Assembly (NCBI RefSeq): GCF_006345805.1
Contig: NC_042999.1
Span: forward strand, 61,504,001-61,568,000
DNA length: 64,000 nucleotides
Source of the DNA: Octopus sinensis
Lineage: Eukaryota
Reading direction: 5' to 3'
In this document: positions 51,831 to 64,000 of the stretch, piece by piece
How positions within the stretch are numbered: position 1 is the stretch's first letter
Layout: each line of letters begins with the position of its first letter
Position numbers and translations under genes: made by a program
Notes under the pieces: model-generated
What the model was told of the DNA's origin: nothing
Seen by the model: the letters and a program-made list of their open reading frames with translations, nothing else
Databases searched by the model: none

Positions 51831-52694
51831 TTTCTACAACAGCAACAAAGACAACATCGACAAGAGCAACACTAACAACGCTTTCGATTTAAGCAGAAAA
51901 TCAGCAATACAATATTCACTGCTACAGGAGTTTGTGCGCCCCAGGTAGATGAAAAGCACAGTCAGATAAGGCGGAATTTGAAATCAGAATATAACGTGAT
52001 GAACCGGAAGATATGAATAGTAGAATTCATTTTTTCCCCTTTGCAATAACGTGTAACATACTTTACGAAATAAACGTCTGACATTAAAACGCCTGCGAAA
52101 TGTAGTTACCAACCAACAAAACAACAGAACCGATACTGTAGGTAGTTCCACATGAGAAAGAGAGTATGAAACACGACAAACCGCAGTAGCAAAGTAGAAC
52201 TGATGTGATATTTTATCAGGTGTCTATAACCTCAGAATACAATACTGCCCCATACATTGCAAGAAGGGGAGCAGTACATGGAGATGTTGTGGAATCTAAG
52301 ATCAACGTGTTAAATACGTAACCGTGACAAGAAGATAATAAACCTGTCCTTCTTCTCTCTCGCTGGGCAATATGGACCGTCAGTCTGAAATCATAACTAT
52401 TTTCACTGCGGTTTACATCCAAGACCATCGACGTACCTTCCAGATCTAAAAAGATCGTGTTTACCTCTTGAATAATGGTTTTCTAAAACTACTCTCAAAC
52501 TGTTCACTAGGAATGAGGTGTATTTGCCGTGCTCAACGAGATAAAGAGCAAGCAAGTGCGTCTCAGGGATCTTAAGTCACACATGACTGTCTTATCTAGG
52601 CTTAGTGACTTCATATCATTCAACAGATGTTTCTGATTCCATACTGACTCATTACCATATGCATTTGTACACTGCATTTTGAATTAATATACAT

Positions 52695-52800
52695 TGGTTA
52701 CATCGACTCCACTATTCATCTTCTCTTCAATTTATTGACGCCGAAAGGATGAATGGTAAAGTCGACCTCGGCAGAATTTGAACTCAAAACGTAAAGACGA
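52695..52800 (-). mobile_element. Family C/D SINE fragment
   Basis: CCGAAAGGATGAATGGTAAAGTCGACCTCGGCAGAATTTGAACTC. Confidence 0.7.
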
Positions 52801-53111
52801 AAAATATATATTAGCTTGTGCACGAATGAGATAAGCTACTTACCTTGTGGAAATTACCAGAGTTTCAGGAGTTCACGATGATCGTTCTGGAAAATAAAAA
52901 GAACGAGACACCTCTGAAATATGTTCCTCTTAGAAACTGTTTCTAAATTCCGTACATCACTTGGGGAACTTTACAGGATTCCAGCATTGATTCCAAATAT
53001 CATCTTTATCAGATTATCGTCTGCGTCTGATATCATCAGTATCAGACAGACACAATATTATCCACAGTTTCCTATTCATCATCAACAACTTCGACCTCTC
53101 CAGACTCCTTC

Positions 53112-53114
<3 letters not shown>

Positions 53115-53142
<28 letters not shown>

Positions 53143-53144
53143 TG

Positions 53145-53226
<82 letters not shown>
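53115..53226. repeat. (CAT)n microsatellite
   Basis: Directly visible. Confidence 0.95.
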
Positions 53227-54229
53227 TGTCACCGTCCTGTTCATCATTACTGTCTTCAGCTGCACTAGCCCAAACGCAGTCTTTGCCACAATTGATATTA
53301 GCAATATCGGTTTATTCTTACACTTTTATATATTTCTTTCATTAAGCTTATTGTTATCTCATCTTGGTTGTTCTTATTTTTCGATTACTTTTAGTTTTAG
53401 TTTTTCTTTTCTTTTCTTTTTTTTGATTTCTCAATTATATTTAGTGTTTGATATTATATTTTATTAACAGTTAGTTTATTTACAATTATCTCTCGCACAT
53501 TTCTCCACCATCCATCTATCCTCGCCTCACAAATCGTCTGCATCAGTGTAAATACATTATTGCGATCGAGCCATTTCCGTCTACTATGAGAAAATTTTAA
53601 TCATCATTGCTAAGAGTGTATGTGCAAGTTTTTGCTTTTGTTTGTATGGTTGTGTGTGCTTTTGTTTTGTTTTGTTTACAAAGGAAACGATTTTTTTCCT
53701 ATTTTTAATTCAATGAATGGTCAACATCACCATTATCGTCATCCGCTTCCACCCTCCTAACCGATGTCACCATCGTCATCATTAGCGTCTTTTACCACCA
53801 TGTTATTTGCCTCGTTCTATTTTTTTAATTCTATTACTGCTGCAACGATTTTGTTATTTAGAACTCTGAAAAGCAAACAGTGTGTCCATATCCTTTTGCA
53901 GGTCCTTCTAGGTTACGGGTCGGAGGTGTAATTCGTGATTTAAGAACGGTTAATATTCAGAGAAAACTTTTGATGGTTGAAGATTGTTGAAAACAAAAAT
54001 ACGAACAGGCTTTTAATGGTTTTCAGAAATCGTTTGGTTTACAGGAATGCTTTTTAATGAAAGGAGTTTTATTGAAACTCAACGTAGGAATAGGAAAAAC
54101 TGAAGTACTGGCTGTTTACAAGTGATTTTAGAATAAGAGACATGCAAGTAGCAAGCGGTGATGAAGAAACTGCAGACTGTTAGAGATCTAACGCGTGCTT
54201 ATAAGACAAAATAATAAAACCAAGTAAAA

Positions 54230-54325
54230 CATAGATAGATAAGTAGATAGATAGATAGAGAGAGAGAGAAAGAGAGAGAGTTACATAGATAGATGTATAG
54301 ATAGATAGAGAGAGAGTTAGATAGT

Positions 54326-54382
<57 letters not shown>

Positions 54383-54420
54383 TGATTGATTGATTGATTG
54401 ACTGATTGATTGATTGATAG

Positions 54421-54472
<52 letters not shown>

Positions 54473-54488
54473 ATAGATAGATAGATAA

Positions 54489-54585
<97 letters not shown>

Positions 54586-54592
54586 AAGAGAA

Positions 54593-54657
<65 letters not shown>

Positions 54658-54683
54658 CAGATATATTGATTGATTGATTGATT

Positions 54684-54749
<66 letters not shown>

Positions 54750-54803
54750 GAGGCAGACAGATAGATAGATAGAGAGAGAGAGAAAGAGAGGGAGAGAGAG
54801 AGG

Positions 54804-54886
<83 letters not shown>

Positions 54887-54895
54887 TGATTGAAT
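54230..54895. repeat. Compound (TAGA)n/(TTGA)n/(GA)n microsatellite of about 660 bp with higher-order duplication
   Basis: AGAGAAAGAGAAATAGATAG recurs at 54461 and 54581. Confidence 0.9.
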
Positions 54896-55890
54896 TGAGG
54901 AACGTAGTTTTTAGATATATTTTGTCGCTTATTCTAGATATTCCAGCAAATTTGCTCTATCAGCTCGGGTTATCGAAATATTTTATATCCCTAACTGTTA
55001 TTCATAAAACCGATGGACAGAGCGAATAGTGAAATAAGCGTTCATTTACTCAGACGAGTCCTGTGGTAAGGTGCCAAGAACAATCACCTTGAATGTTGTA
55101 GTACTAATCCTTCAAAATATGCATATCCCAATCTTTCTGATATCTTTCTTTCATAGTTCTTAAACCTTGGTAAAATAGTTCATTCTGTTCATCTGGGAAA
55201 TGATCCAAGTGACTGCAATAATAATGCACTTTCATATTCATAGATAAGGTAACAGAAATAAGGGAGCACGTTTACCACTAATTCAGAGTTGTTATTTTCT
55301 TTATGGCTCCTAAGAGTGAACGAAACCTTGAATCGGCTTCACTATTGTTCATTGAATCTTGGAAATATGAGTCTTCCACGAGGTCCCTGATTTGTGGCCC
55401 GTTAAAATACGTAGCTTCGGCTCTTCTATGCTCAACGCTGATAATTTTCCGCAAATATAGTCAAAGCGGTCCCTTTCGTTTTTCAAAGCGTTCACAAACG
55501 GTTATATTAAACTTAGTTTGATGTGCAGTAGCAGTAAAATTATCTTATCTCTAGCAAACAAGAATTCTGCGATTCTTTTCTCTAACGATCATGTTTTCTC
55601 TTAGAGGTCATTGTTTTCTCACACAGTGCTCATCCTTAGACCTATAGTCCTAGAGACAGATAAATCAGGGACACTTGGTGTATCTATTCTACTGATCCAG
55701 AAGAAAATTCACCACCTTAAGATATTCACAGATTAGCCATTGGTGATGGTGATATATATTTTGTAAACGCAGAGAGATTGTTTTCTGCTGTCCAGTTATC
55801 TTTGTAGAGAGACCAATTGGGACTGATCTGTATGTTTTGCTATTGTGGAGAGGCACACGTTTTAAACTCCGATTAGAATAACCGCCATAT

Positions 55891-56194
55891 GTTGTTGCTG
55901 TTTGTTCCTTCTCGAGCCATGCCTGGCTCATAAGGACCGGTTTCCCGGTTTCATTGGCGTATATGTTCCCCCACCTGGACGGTCGCCGGTCTGCCGCAGG
56001 CGAGCTGCAGGAGGAAAGAGTGAGAGAAAGTTGTGGTGAAAGAGTCAGCAGACGTTCGCCAATACCTTCTGCCGGAACCGCGTGGAGCTTAGGTGTTTCG
56101 CTCATAAACACACACATCATCCGGTCTGAGATTCGAACTCGCGATCCCTCGACCGCGAGTACGCTACTCTTACCATTAGGCCATGTGCCTTCAC
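55891..56194 (-). mobile_element. Family-A SINE, full length
   Basis: Homologous throughout to 48699-48996; B box GAGTTCGAATC on the minus strand. Confidence 0.85.
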
Positions 56195-56401
56195 AACCAA
56201 CATTTACTTCACACATATTTTAACATATCCACTTTCATTAGCAAGCTTTAATATCGTTGCAAAAATCGAGATGAACGGCAGTAAATCTATTTCTCTATTT
56301 CCGTAATATGGTGTGTAGGTACATTTATTGATGCATGCGTTGTCAAAAACTACAGAGTCTAAAGACAAATGGTCATATTCTTATTCAGCGGCGTGGATAT
56401 A

Positions 56402-57682
56402 CGAGGGACGTTCAATAAGTAATGCCCCTGACCCACTTCTAGGTGCTTCATCTAGTTGAAATTTTGCAATTACTCATATCTCTATAGATTAGGTGGCACG
56501 TTACAGCTCTGAACTAATTATGGTTTCTGATTTACAGGTGTTTGAACTGAATCAAGTGTGAAATGGAGCCTGTTGAGTGTCGAGCAGTGATCCGGTTTTT
56601 GTATTTGAAAGGACGCACACCACGGGAGACTTTTTATGAAATGAAAGTAACTTATGGTGATAATGCCCCATCATATGAACTTGTAAAACGCTGGCATCGT
56701 GAATTCAAACATGGTCGAAACTCTGTGGAAACAGCTCCCAGATCTGGTCGCCCCCTTCTGCCATTGATGAGGCATCTGTCCGTCAAGTTGAGGCTGCCAT
56801 TTTGGAAGATCGACGCATAATTATTCGCTAAATAGCCCATGAGGTCAAGATTAATACCGGGTCAGTGGAAACTATCATTCATGACCATTTGCATATGCAA
56901 AAGGTGTCTGCCAGATGGATTCCCAGGCTGCTCACACTTTTCCAGAAGCAGGAACGCGTCGAATGCTCGAGGATGAATTTGGAGACGTACCAAGAAGATG
57001 AGTCAAACTTTTTCAAAAGACTGATTACACAGGATGAAACCTGGGTCCATCACTATGATCCAGAGACCAAAGCCCAGTCAATGCAGTGGAAGCACCGTGA
57101 CTCACCTTTTCCAAAGAAGGCAAGGGTGCAGCCCTCTGCTGGCAAGGTCATGCGTCTTCTGGGACCAGGACGGAGTAGTGATGACAGATTTCCTGGCAAA
57201 GGGTACCACAATTACAGGAGCCTATTATGCTTCACTTTTGAGGAAATTAAGAGAAGCTATCAAAATCAAGAGGCGGGGCAAGATCAGCGAAGGCATCCTC
57301 CTCCTGCAGGACAACGCTCCGATCCACAACTCGCGTGTCGCCAGATCAGAAGCACAGGCGTGCGGCTATGAACTCCTCCCCCATCCCCCATACTCTCCTG
57401 ACCTTGCACCCTCTGATTTTCACCTCTTCCCAGCCATGACGTTGTTTTTGAAAGGAAAGCATTTCCCAGATGATGCAGCCTTGATTTCTAAAGTCACGTC
57501 GTGGATTGAGGACCAAGCTGGGGTCTTTTACAAAAACGGTCTCCAGAGCTGGATCAAACGATGAGAGAAATGCCTAACTCTGAGGGGTTCCTATATAGAA
57601 AAAGACCAATAATTGTGCCAAGTTCCGTTGCTCTACTGGTATGGGAAGTGGGTCAGGGGCATTACTTATTGAACGCCCCTCG
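56402..57682 (+). mobile_element. Full-length 1281-bp mariner transposon (DD34D; irritans-like by inference)
   Basis: 38-bp TIRs CGAGGG(A/G)CGTTCAATAAGTAATGCCCCTGACCCACTTC (37/38); TA TSD at 56400-56401 and 57683-57684. Confidence 0.95.
56563..57612 (+). pseudogene. Mariner transposase pseudogene (2 frameshifts, 2 nonsense codons)
   Basis: RSGRP, WIPRLL, TQDETW, LQDNAP, HPPYSPDLAPSDFHLF with 34 residues between the second and third Asp; TAA at 56829-56831, TGA at 57562-57564, frameshifts near 56755 and 57152. Confidence 0.95.
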
Positions 57683-58359
57683 TATATAGAAACGAACCTA
57701 AAAACTGAGGCACCAAAAACGGTTATTAAATTTGTTCCCCAGTGTAGACATGTATGTGTTTCAATGTATGCGTATACGCGCACACACACACATACACACA
57801 TACACAACAACACATAGACACACACACACACACATACATGCATGTCTTTGAGTGTATGCGTGCGTGTGTGTTTGTGAGTTTGTGTGTCTATGTATGTATG
57901 TATGTGTGTGTGTGTGTATGTAAACAAGTTTTTATATCTTCACACATACATCTGCTCAAATACACACGTTCAAATACACGTGTATGGATGCGTACTCTTA
58001 CGTAAGAGATAACATAAGTAAAATGTACAATATTAATTAATATAACCCAAAAAATAACAGGAATTCCGTAATTACATTGATTAACTGAGTTATCTATTTT
58101 AGCTGGAGCGTTTCATTGTTTTTTATTATTTCAGTTATATCTAATTAGATAACGATTCACTGTTTTCAGAAATGGCAGAAATGTTATTTAAGATACCTGC
58201 AACTAAATGTTCTCTTCTTTGTCGGTGATATACTTTACATTAAATGTTGAGGCCGGAGGCCTCCAATAAGCATTTGCTTGTCGAGATAAAGCAAGTTTGA
58301 ATGGCTGTGCTATCAAAAATGACTAATTTTGTTGTTGATTGGCTGTTGTAAGGGTATCA

Positions 58360-58524
<165 letters not shown>

Positions 58525-59904
58525 TCATAGTATAGGAGAGGTATATTTAATAGAGGATCCCTAGATAGTAGCTAATCAACTAAAGACTTTAATTCATGTG
58601 GGAATGGGAATTGCAACAATAATTATTGTGGCTGTTGTATGAGCCCGTAACACCGGTTTACCGGTGGATGGTTTATTTTTCTATACTGTAGCACCGCTCT
58701 ATACCGTAGCACCGCTGAAGTGCTAGGTATATGGTAAAATAAGATTCAGGAGGTCAGGGCTCAAAGGGTTAACCAATGTTTTTTTTTTTCCCTTACAATA
58801 TCCTATAATTTTAGTAAATAAAAACAAATTTGGTGTCTATCTACGTTAATATAGAACCTGTTGATAATATACACGCTTCTCTATAAATTACACTTTAAGT
58901 ATGGGTGATAGCAAATCCGCTGCATGACACTTTAGTTTCTGAGTTGCATCAAAACATTTGGACCAAATTGAAGACATTGGTATTGTTTAACTTGAAATAA
59001 TAGTGCTCCAATATCAACAAAACTTTATCTATTTCAAATTATTTAGAATTAATGTAATGAAACAGTGTAGTCGTTTAAGATATCTAGGCTCTTGTATCAT
59101 CTTGCTTACTCTAAACATTTGACCAAGTCAGAAGATTTCAATTTACACACGTTCGAGTTAAGCGAGAGGTCCATTTTGCGAGTATGTTAGAGAAAATCTT
59201 TCAAATGTTCATCGTGGTTCTATTATATTCTGCACATATCATCACATTTCCAGAGTAAGGAGCTGCATATTTCGTGCTATTAACAATTTGTTATTCCTCT
59301 GGTAACAAATCGGCAAATTATGTGTATTTCTAAAGTAACAATCATTTAAAGTGCTATAAATTCATTAACAGTTTCAAAGTCTGTAAAATATAGGCCCTGG
59401 AGAACCAAGAGCACTTGATAATATGCCAAACAGAACGTCGGTATAGAAATGAGGACTTCTGTGAAGTTGAATTATGCATCTCTAAAGAGTGGGATGTGGT
59501 GTGTTGTGAAAGGCTGTATTTATTAATAAATGCACGCATAGATCCGCAATTAGCTAATATATATCTGTAAAGATAATTTCTGCTGAGCAAAACTTGAGAA
59601 CAACACGACGACGTTGAAGTCTAATTATTTCTTCAGCCTAGAGTTAATTTCGGTTTTAATGAATTTGCTTTCCTCAAAACAGAATCTTAAAGGTATCGTT
59701 CCACAGAAATTCCGAACTTTGTATCAGTGAATATTAGAAGTTTTGAAATTTATCAAACTTAGGACCGTCATATTCAACCGACATAAGTAGGTTGGGAGTT
59801 CACTTTTAAATTGAGCCTCAATGACAGAAATTGTGAAATTGTGGTGATACTTAATAAATTCACGGGTAACAAGTCAGCAGTTAAAATGTAGTATTTATGT
59901 ACCT

Positions 59905-60075
59905 TAGCAGCACTTCGTCCGTCTGTACGCTCTGAGATCAAATACCGCCGAGGTCGGCTTTGCCTTTCATCCTTTCTGGATCGGTGAAATAAGTACCAGT
60001 TGTGTATCGAGGTCGTTGTAATTGACTATCTCCCCTCCACGAAATTGCTGGCCTTGTTCCAAAAATTTGAAATTA
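59905..60075 (+). mobile_element. Family C/D SINE, head partly lost
   Basis: CCGCCGAGGTCGGCTTTGCCTTTCATCCTTTC...AATAAGTACCAGTT...CCAAAAATTTGAAA. Confidence 0.75.
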
Positions 60076-60604
60076 ATGCCTATTATCTTTTATGAGCCCT
60101 GTGACTCCTAAGACTGGATCTTAACCAGTCCCCGTGGCGTAGAAGTGACTGAGATTATAACGCTCTCTCCTGAACGACAAGTGGTCCGTTTCGGGATTAA
60201 CATCCCAGTAATTACTGCTGGAATTCACAGCTGGATGGACTGGAACAACATAAAATAAAGTGTTTTTTTCTCAAGGCTAAAACACCAACCGGTTTTATAA
60301 ATACAACGCTCTAAGCAGTAGGGTACATGCCTTCACGAATGCTTATAATTATCGCCCTAGTTATTTTAAATTTCTCCCTATCAACACATGAAGCTTCTTG
60401 AGGCGACTCGGACTATGATATTACACCGAATATTTTACCAATATCTTCACAAACCAAAGCCAGTTCGTTACTGCCATAGACCGCCACTGAATGTTCATTT
60501 CCAGAAGAAAACAAAAAAGAAGGCATTCCAACGAGAAGTTTGATTAATTTCCGACAACGAACACATTTCCTCACATACTTTTGCAAAATATCCTATCGTT
60601 TTTA

Positions 60605-61228
60605 CAATAGGCACAAGGCCTGGAATTTGAGGGACGGGGATAATCGATTACATCGTCCACGGTGTTTAAAAAAAATAAATGCGCCCTTTTAAAGCCTTGC
60701 TAGGCTCATGGGCCCGGTTTCCCGGTTTCTATGGCGTATGTGTTCCCCAGCTGGACAGGACGTCTGTCCATCGCAGCGTTACTAATTTTTGCCAGCTGAG
60801 AGGACTGGCGCAACGTGAAATGACGTGTTTTGCTCAACAACACAACGCGTCGCCCGGTCCTGGAATCGAAACCACAATCTTACGATCATTGTGCTAACAC
60901 CCTAACCACTAAGCGACGCGCCTCCACCTCGAAAGGATGAAAGGCAAAGTCGAACTCGGCAGAATTTGAAGTCACAATGTTGTGACAGGAGAAATACCTA
61001 TTTCTTTATTACCCACAAGGGGCTAAACATAGAGGGGACAAACAAGGACAGACATAGGTATTAAGTCGATTACATCGACCCCAGTGCGGAACTGGTACTT
61101 AATTTATCGACCCCGAAAGGATGAAAGGCAAAGTCAACCTCGGCGGAATTTGAACTCACAACGTAACGACAGACGAAATACCGCTAAGCATTTCATCCGG
61201 CGCGCTAACGTTTCTGCCAGCTCGCCGC
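60605..61228 (-). mobile_element. Family-C SINE dimer whose downstream unit is split by a family-B SINE
   Basis: Full head at 61228; junction GAAATACCTATTTCTTTA at 60991-61008; the 3' end resumes at 60605-60667. Confidence 0.8.
60668..60927 (-). mobile_element. Family-B SINE nested in a family-C SINE
   Basis: Head GTGGAGG...CTTAGTGGTTAGGG, TTCGATTCC, core and tail AAACCGGGAAACCGGGCCCATGAGC; no TSD, about 25 bp of host sequence is missing. Confidence 0.8.
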
Positions 61229-61284
61229 ATTTTGAAAAATATCTTATCATTACAATTAAGATGTTCTGTTATTAATGCTAAAAC

Positions 61285-61495
61285 GAGAGCGGTGAATTTG
61301 CACTCCGGGCAAAATGCTTAGCGGTATTTTGTCTGACTTCACGTTCTGAGTTCAAATTCCCTCGGAGCTAGCTTTGCTTTTATTCCCTTCGGAGTCGATA
61401 CAATAAGTAGCAGTTGAGTACTGGGGTCGATGTAAATAACTTTTTTCTTCCCCAACCCTGAACTTGCTGGCCATGTGCTAAGACATTTTCTTCTG
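61285..61495 (+). mobile_element. Diverged family C/D SINE
   Basis: GGGCAAAATGCTTAGCGGTATTT...GAGTTCAAATTCC...CTGGGGTCGATGTAA. Confidence 0.7.
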
Positions 61496-62479
61496 ACTTG
61501 TAATGTTATCCACCCCAAAACAAGCCTTGCTCTAAATTAAATTTGTCTTCTCAAAATGAGACACAAAGATTGTATTCAATTGTGGTAATGCTGTCAATGA
61601 TATTAATAGTCGACATTTCTACTTGCTTAGTAAAGGTGGCGGACTGCAATGTATATGTTACCCGACTTTCATTAAACGAGCCAAATATATTGGATGGTCA
61701 GCTATCAGTCCAACCACTTGTTTGTTGAGTCCCTGACAAAACCTCCCTAATAGCATCTCTCGTGAAGAAAACTTGCAGTATTTTTCAAATTTGCCTTTCT
61801 AAAACTAAAATATCATTAATAGATCTTCCAGGTTTTTGTTCATAGTATATTGAATATAGAGTCGTTGCTAGTAAATATAGTTGTCATGTAATTTTTGTCT
61901 CCATAGTAGTAAAGAACACAATATTCTATGATTTCATGTCTTTTCCGTCGTAATTACTGGCTGAAGTACCTCCCAGACTTAATAGAAATAAATCCATTTT
62001 ATCTTTCTCGTGTTTCTTTCAAAATCTAAGATTTTTTTGAAACTGCTTAATAAATTTATCAAATGTGTCTGCAGGATTAATTTTCGTTACCATAGGATGG
62101 ATGAATTTTATTGATAATTAACTGGATTATAGAAACCCCCAAACTGTAAAAGTTTTTGTAATAATCCGTAATTGGAGGGAGTTTGTAGTTAACCATATAC
62201 GTATCTTTCCCATCAGAAGTTGTCGACTAGGAAAGACATTTTATTCGACTTTGCATTAAAAAGCCATTAGAGATGTGCACAGAACTTTCGAGATTTCACG
62301 AATTCTCCTCTCAGTAATTAACATATTTTGAAGAGTTTATTGAAGAATATCCAGTACTACTGTCTTTACGTCTCTTTACTGTCTCGTTTTTTTTTTGTTC
62401 TTTCAGCAGGTTTTCCACATATATTTTTTTTTTCTTTGCAACTTCCTTCTTCCCATTTCATTTTTTCCATTCCTTCCCC

Positions 62480-62770
62480 TTTTTCTTCTTCTTTTCCTCC
62501 TCCCCTTCTTCCTCTTCTTTTTCTTCTTCTTCGCTTTCTTCCTATTTTTCTTCTTCGTCTCCTTCTTCCCCTTCTTCTTCTTCTTCTTCTTCGTCTCCTT
62601 CTTCCTATTTTTCCTCTTCGTCTCCTTCTTCCTCTTCTTCTTCTTCTTCGTCGCCCTCTTCTTTTTTTTCCATCTCCTTCTTCCTACTTTTACTACTCCT
62701 ACTGCTTCAGCCACTGCCAATACTACCTCTGCTACTTCTACTACCTACTTCTACTACCTACTGCTACTAC
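62480..62770. repeat. Polypyrimidine (TTC)n-rich tract grading into (TAC)n
   Basis: Directly visible; source of the K/R-rich and F/L-rich ORFs. Confidence 0.9.
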
Positions 62771-62774
62771 TGTT

Positions 62775-63097
62775 GCTACCATTAGGAGCACTCCGTCGCT
62801 TACGACGATGAGGGTCCCTGCTGATACGATCGACGGAACAGTTTGCTCGCGAAATTAACGTGCAAGTGGCTGAGCACTCCACAGACACGCGAACCCTTAA
62901 CTTAGTTCCAAGGGAGATTCAGTGTGACAAGGCCGGCTCTTTGAAATACAGGTACTACTCATTTTTGCCAGCTGAGTGGACTAGAGCAACGTGAAATAAA
63001 GTGTCTTGCTCTACGACACAAAGCGTCGCCGGGAATCGAACTCACGACCTTACAATCTTCAGCCGAATGCCCTAACCACTAAGCCACGCGTCTCCAC
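62775..63097 (-). mobile_element. Full-length SINE with family-B head and core but an alternative tail
   Basis: GTGGAGACGCGTGGCTTAGTGG, GAGTTCGATTCCC, GAGCAAGACACTTTATTTCACGTTGC, tail GGGACCCTCATCGTCGTAAGCGACGG. Confidence 0.8.
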
Positions 63098-64000
63098 AAC
63101 TACTACTGTTAACACTACTACTGATACTACTACTAGTTGTTGCTATTTTTCTTCTACTACTACCTTAACTTCTACTACTACTATTACTACATCTGCTGCT
63201 ACTGTTACTGCAACTTCCTCTTCCTTTAACAGTAATACTACTATTACTTCTACTAATACTACTACTACTACTACAAGTGTTCTTCTTACTACAACTAATT
63301 CCTCTACTGCTACAACAACAACGACAGCTATTCCTATTTTTTCATCGCCGTCCTCATATTCTTTCTTATACAATTTTATTTTTCATTCTCTTTGAATTTG
63401 TTCCTCCAGTTTCTCCTTTCTGTTCGGCTTTTTTGCTCTTTCTTTCCCTTAAGCAAGTCCTCTCCCCATCCTATTTCCTTTCCTTTTGATTTCGTTTTAC
63501 TTTTTCAATTTTTGTTCATTTCTTACAGTCCACTGCGTTATCGCCCTTCATCGCACTCTCTATATCTTCCTTTGTTCTCCAGCAACATCCACTTCATACC
63601 CAACCAACAACATTTGGTTCCTTCCTTTTATATGTTTATATCTTTAGTTACGCATTCGTTTACTTCTATTTGTGTATTTTCATTTTTCGCATTATATCCC
63701 GCTTGTTTTCTTTAGTTTTTCCTCTTAATATGTTAATGTTATTCTATCAGCTGTGTTCGACAATAAGAAAAAATAAAAATGAGAAATAAATATTACAAAG
63801 CAAAACGTGTAAAAAAAAACATAAGGGAAAAAAACTGGAAAACGAAAACAAAAATCTTTTGCACGAAATTACCACGAACAGCAACAATAACCAATTTATA
63901 TTCAGCACAAGAAAGAAAATTGAATCGATTTTAATTGGCAATTATTAGATAAAAGATTTTAAGATAAATTAAATTCATAACTAGATTTATTGCATACGTT

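Noticed and set aside
53890-54130. Acceptor-like TTTTGCAG followed by a frame vaguely like an RTE RT
   Set aside because: In-frame stops and no catalytic motif; cannot be supported without a search.

Overview
AT-rich eukaryotic non-coding DNA. The repeat families suggest an octopus-like cephalopod (inference from my recognition of the repeats, not from a search). I found no supportable intact host protein-coding gene, tRNA, rRNA or CRISPR array; most ORFs in the track are translations of (TA)n, (CA)n, (TATG)n or trinucleotide microsatellites. The window is a mosaic of microsatellites, more than 20 tRNA-derived SINE copies (some nested, some head-to-tail multimers), decayed non-LTR retrotransposons (CR1/L2-like, RTE, two RLE-type), two Penelope-like element (PLE) fragments and DNA transposons (full-length DD34D mariner, Tc1, maT-like deletion derivative, MITEs). 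The main hidden signal is a set of unrelated type-I hammerhead-ribozyme (HHR) folds, each with a tiny, mostly palindromic helix III. They sit in (i) a 404-bp unit with 73-bp terminal redundancy (retrozyme-like, intact core, 21396-21872), (ii) two adjacent fold-back elements that look like MITEs but read as divergent inverted pairs of HHR-bearing repeats (39017-40085), and (iii) the inverted terminal repeats of a GIY-YIG-encoding PLE (about 11261-12988). Together they suggest a system of ribozyme-carrying non-autonomous retroelements that insert into TA-rich microsatellites. All coordinates were counted by hand; folds and family names were assigned by eye and need computational confirmation.
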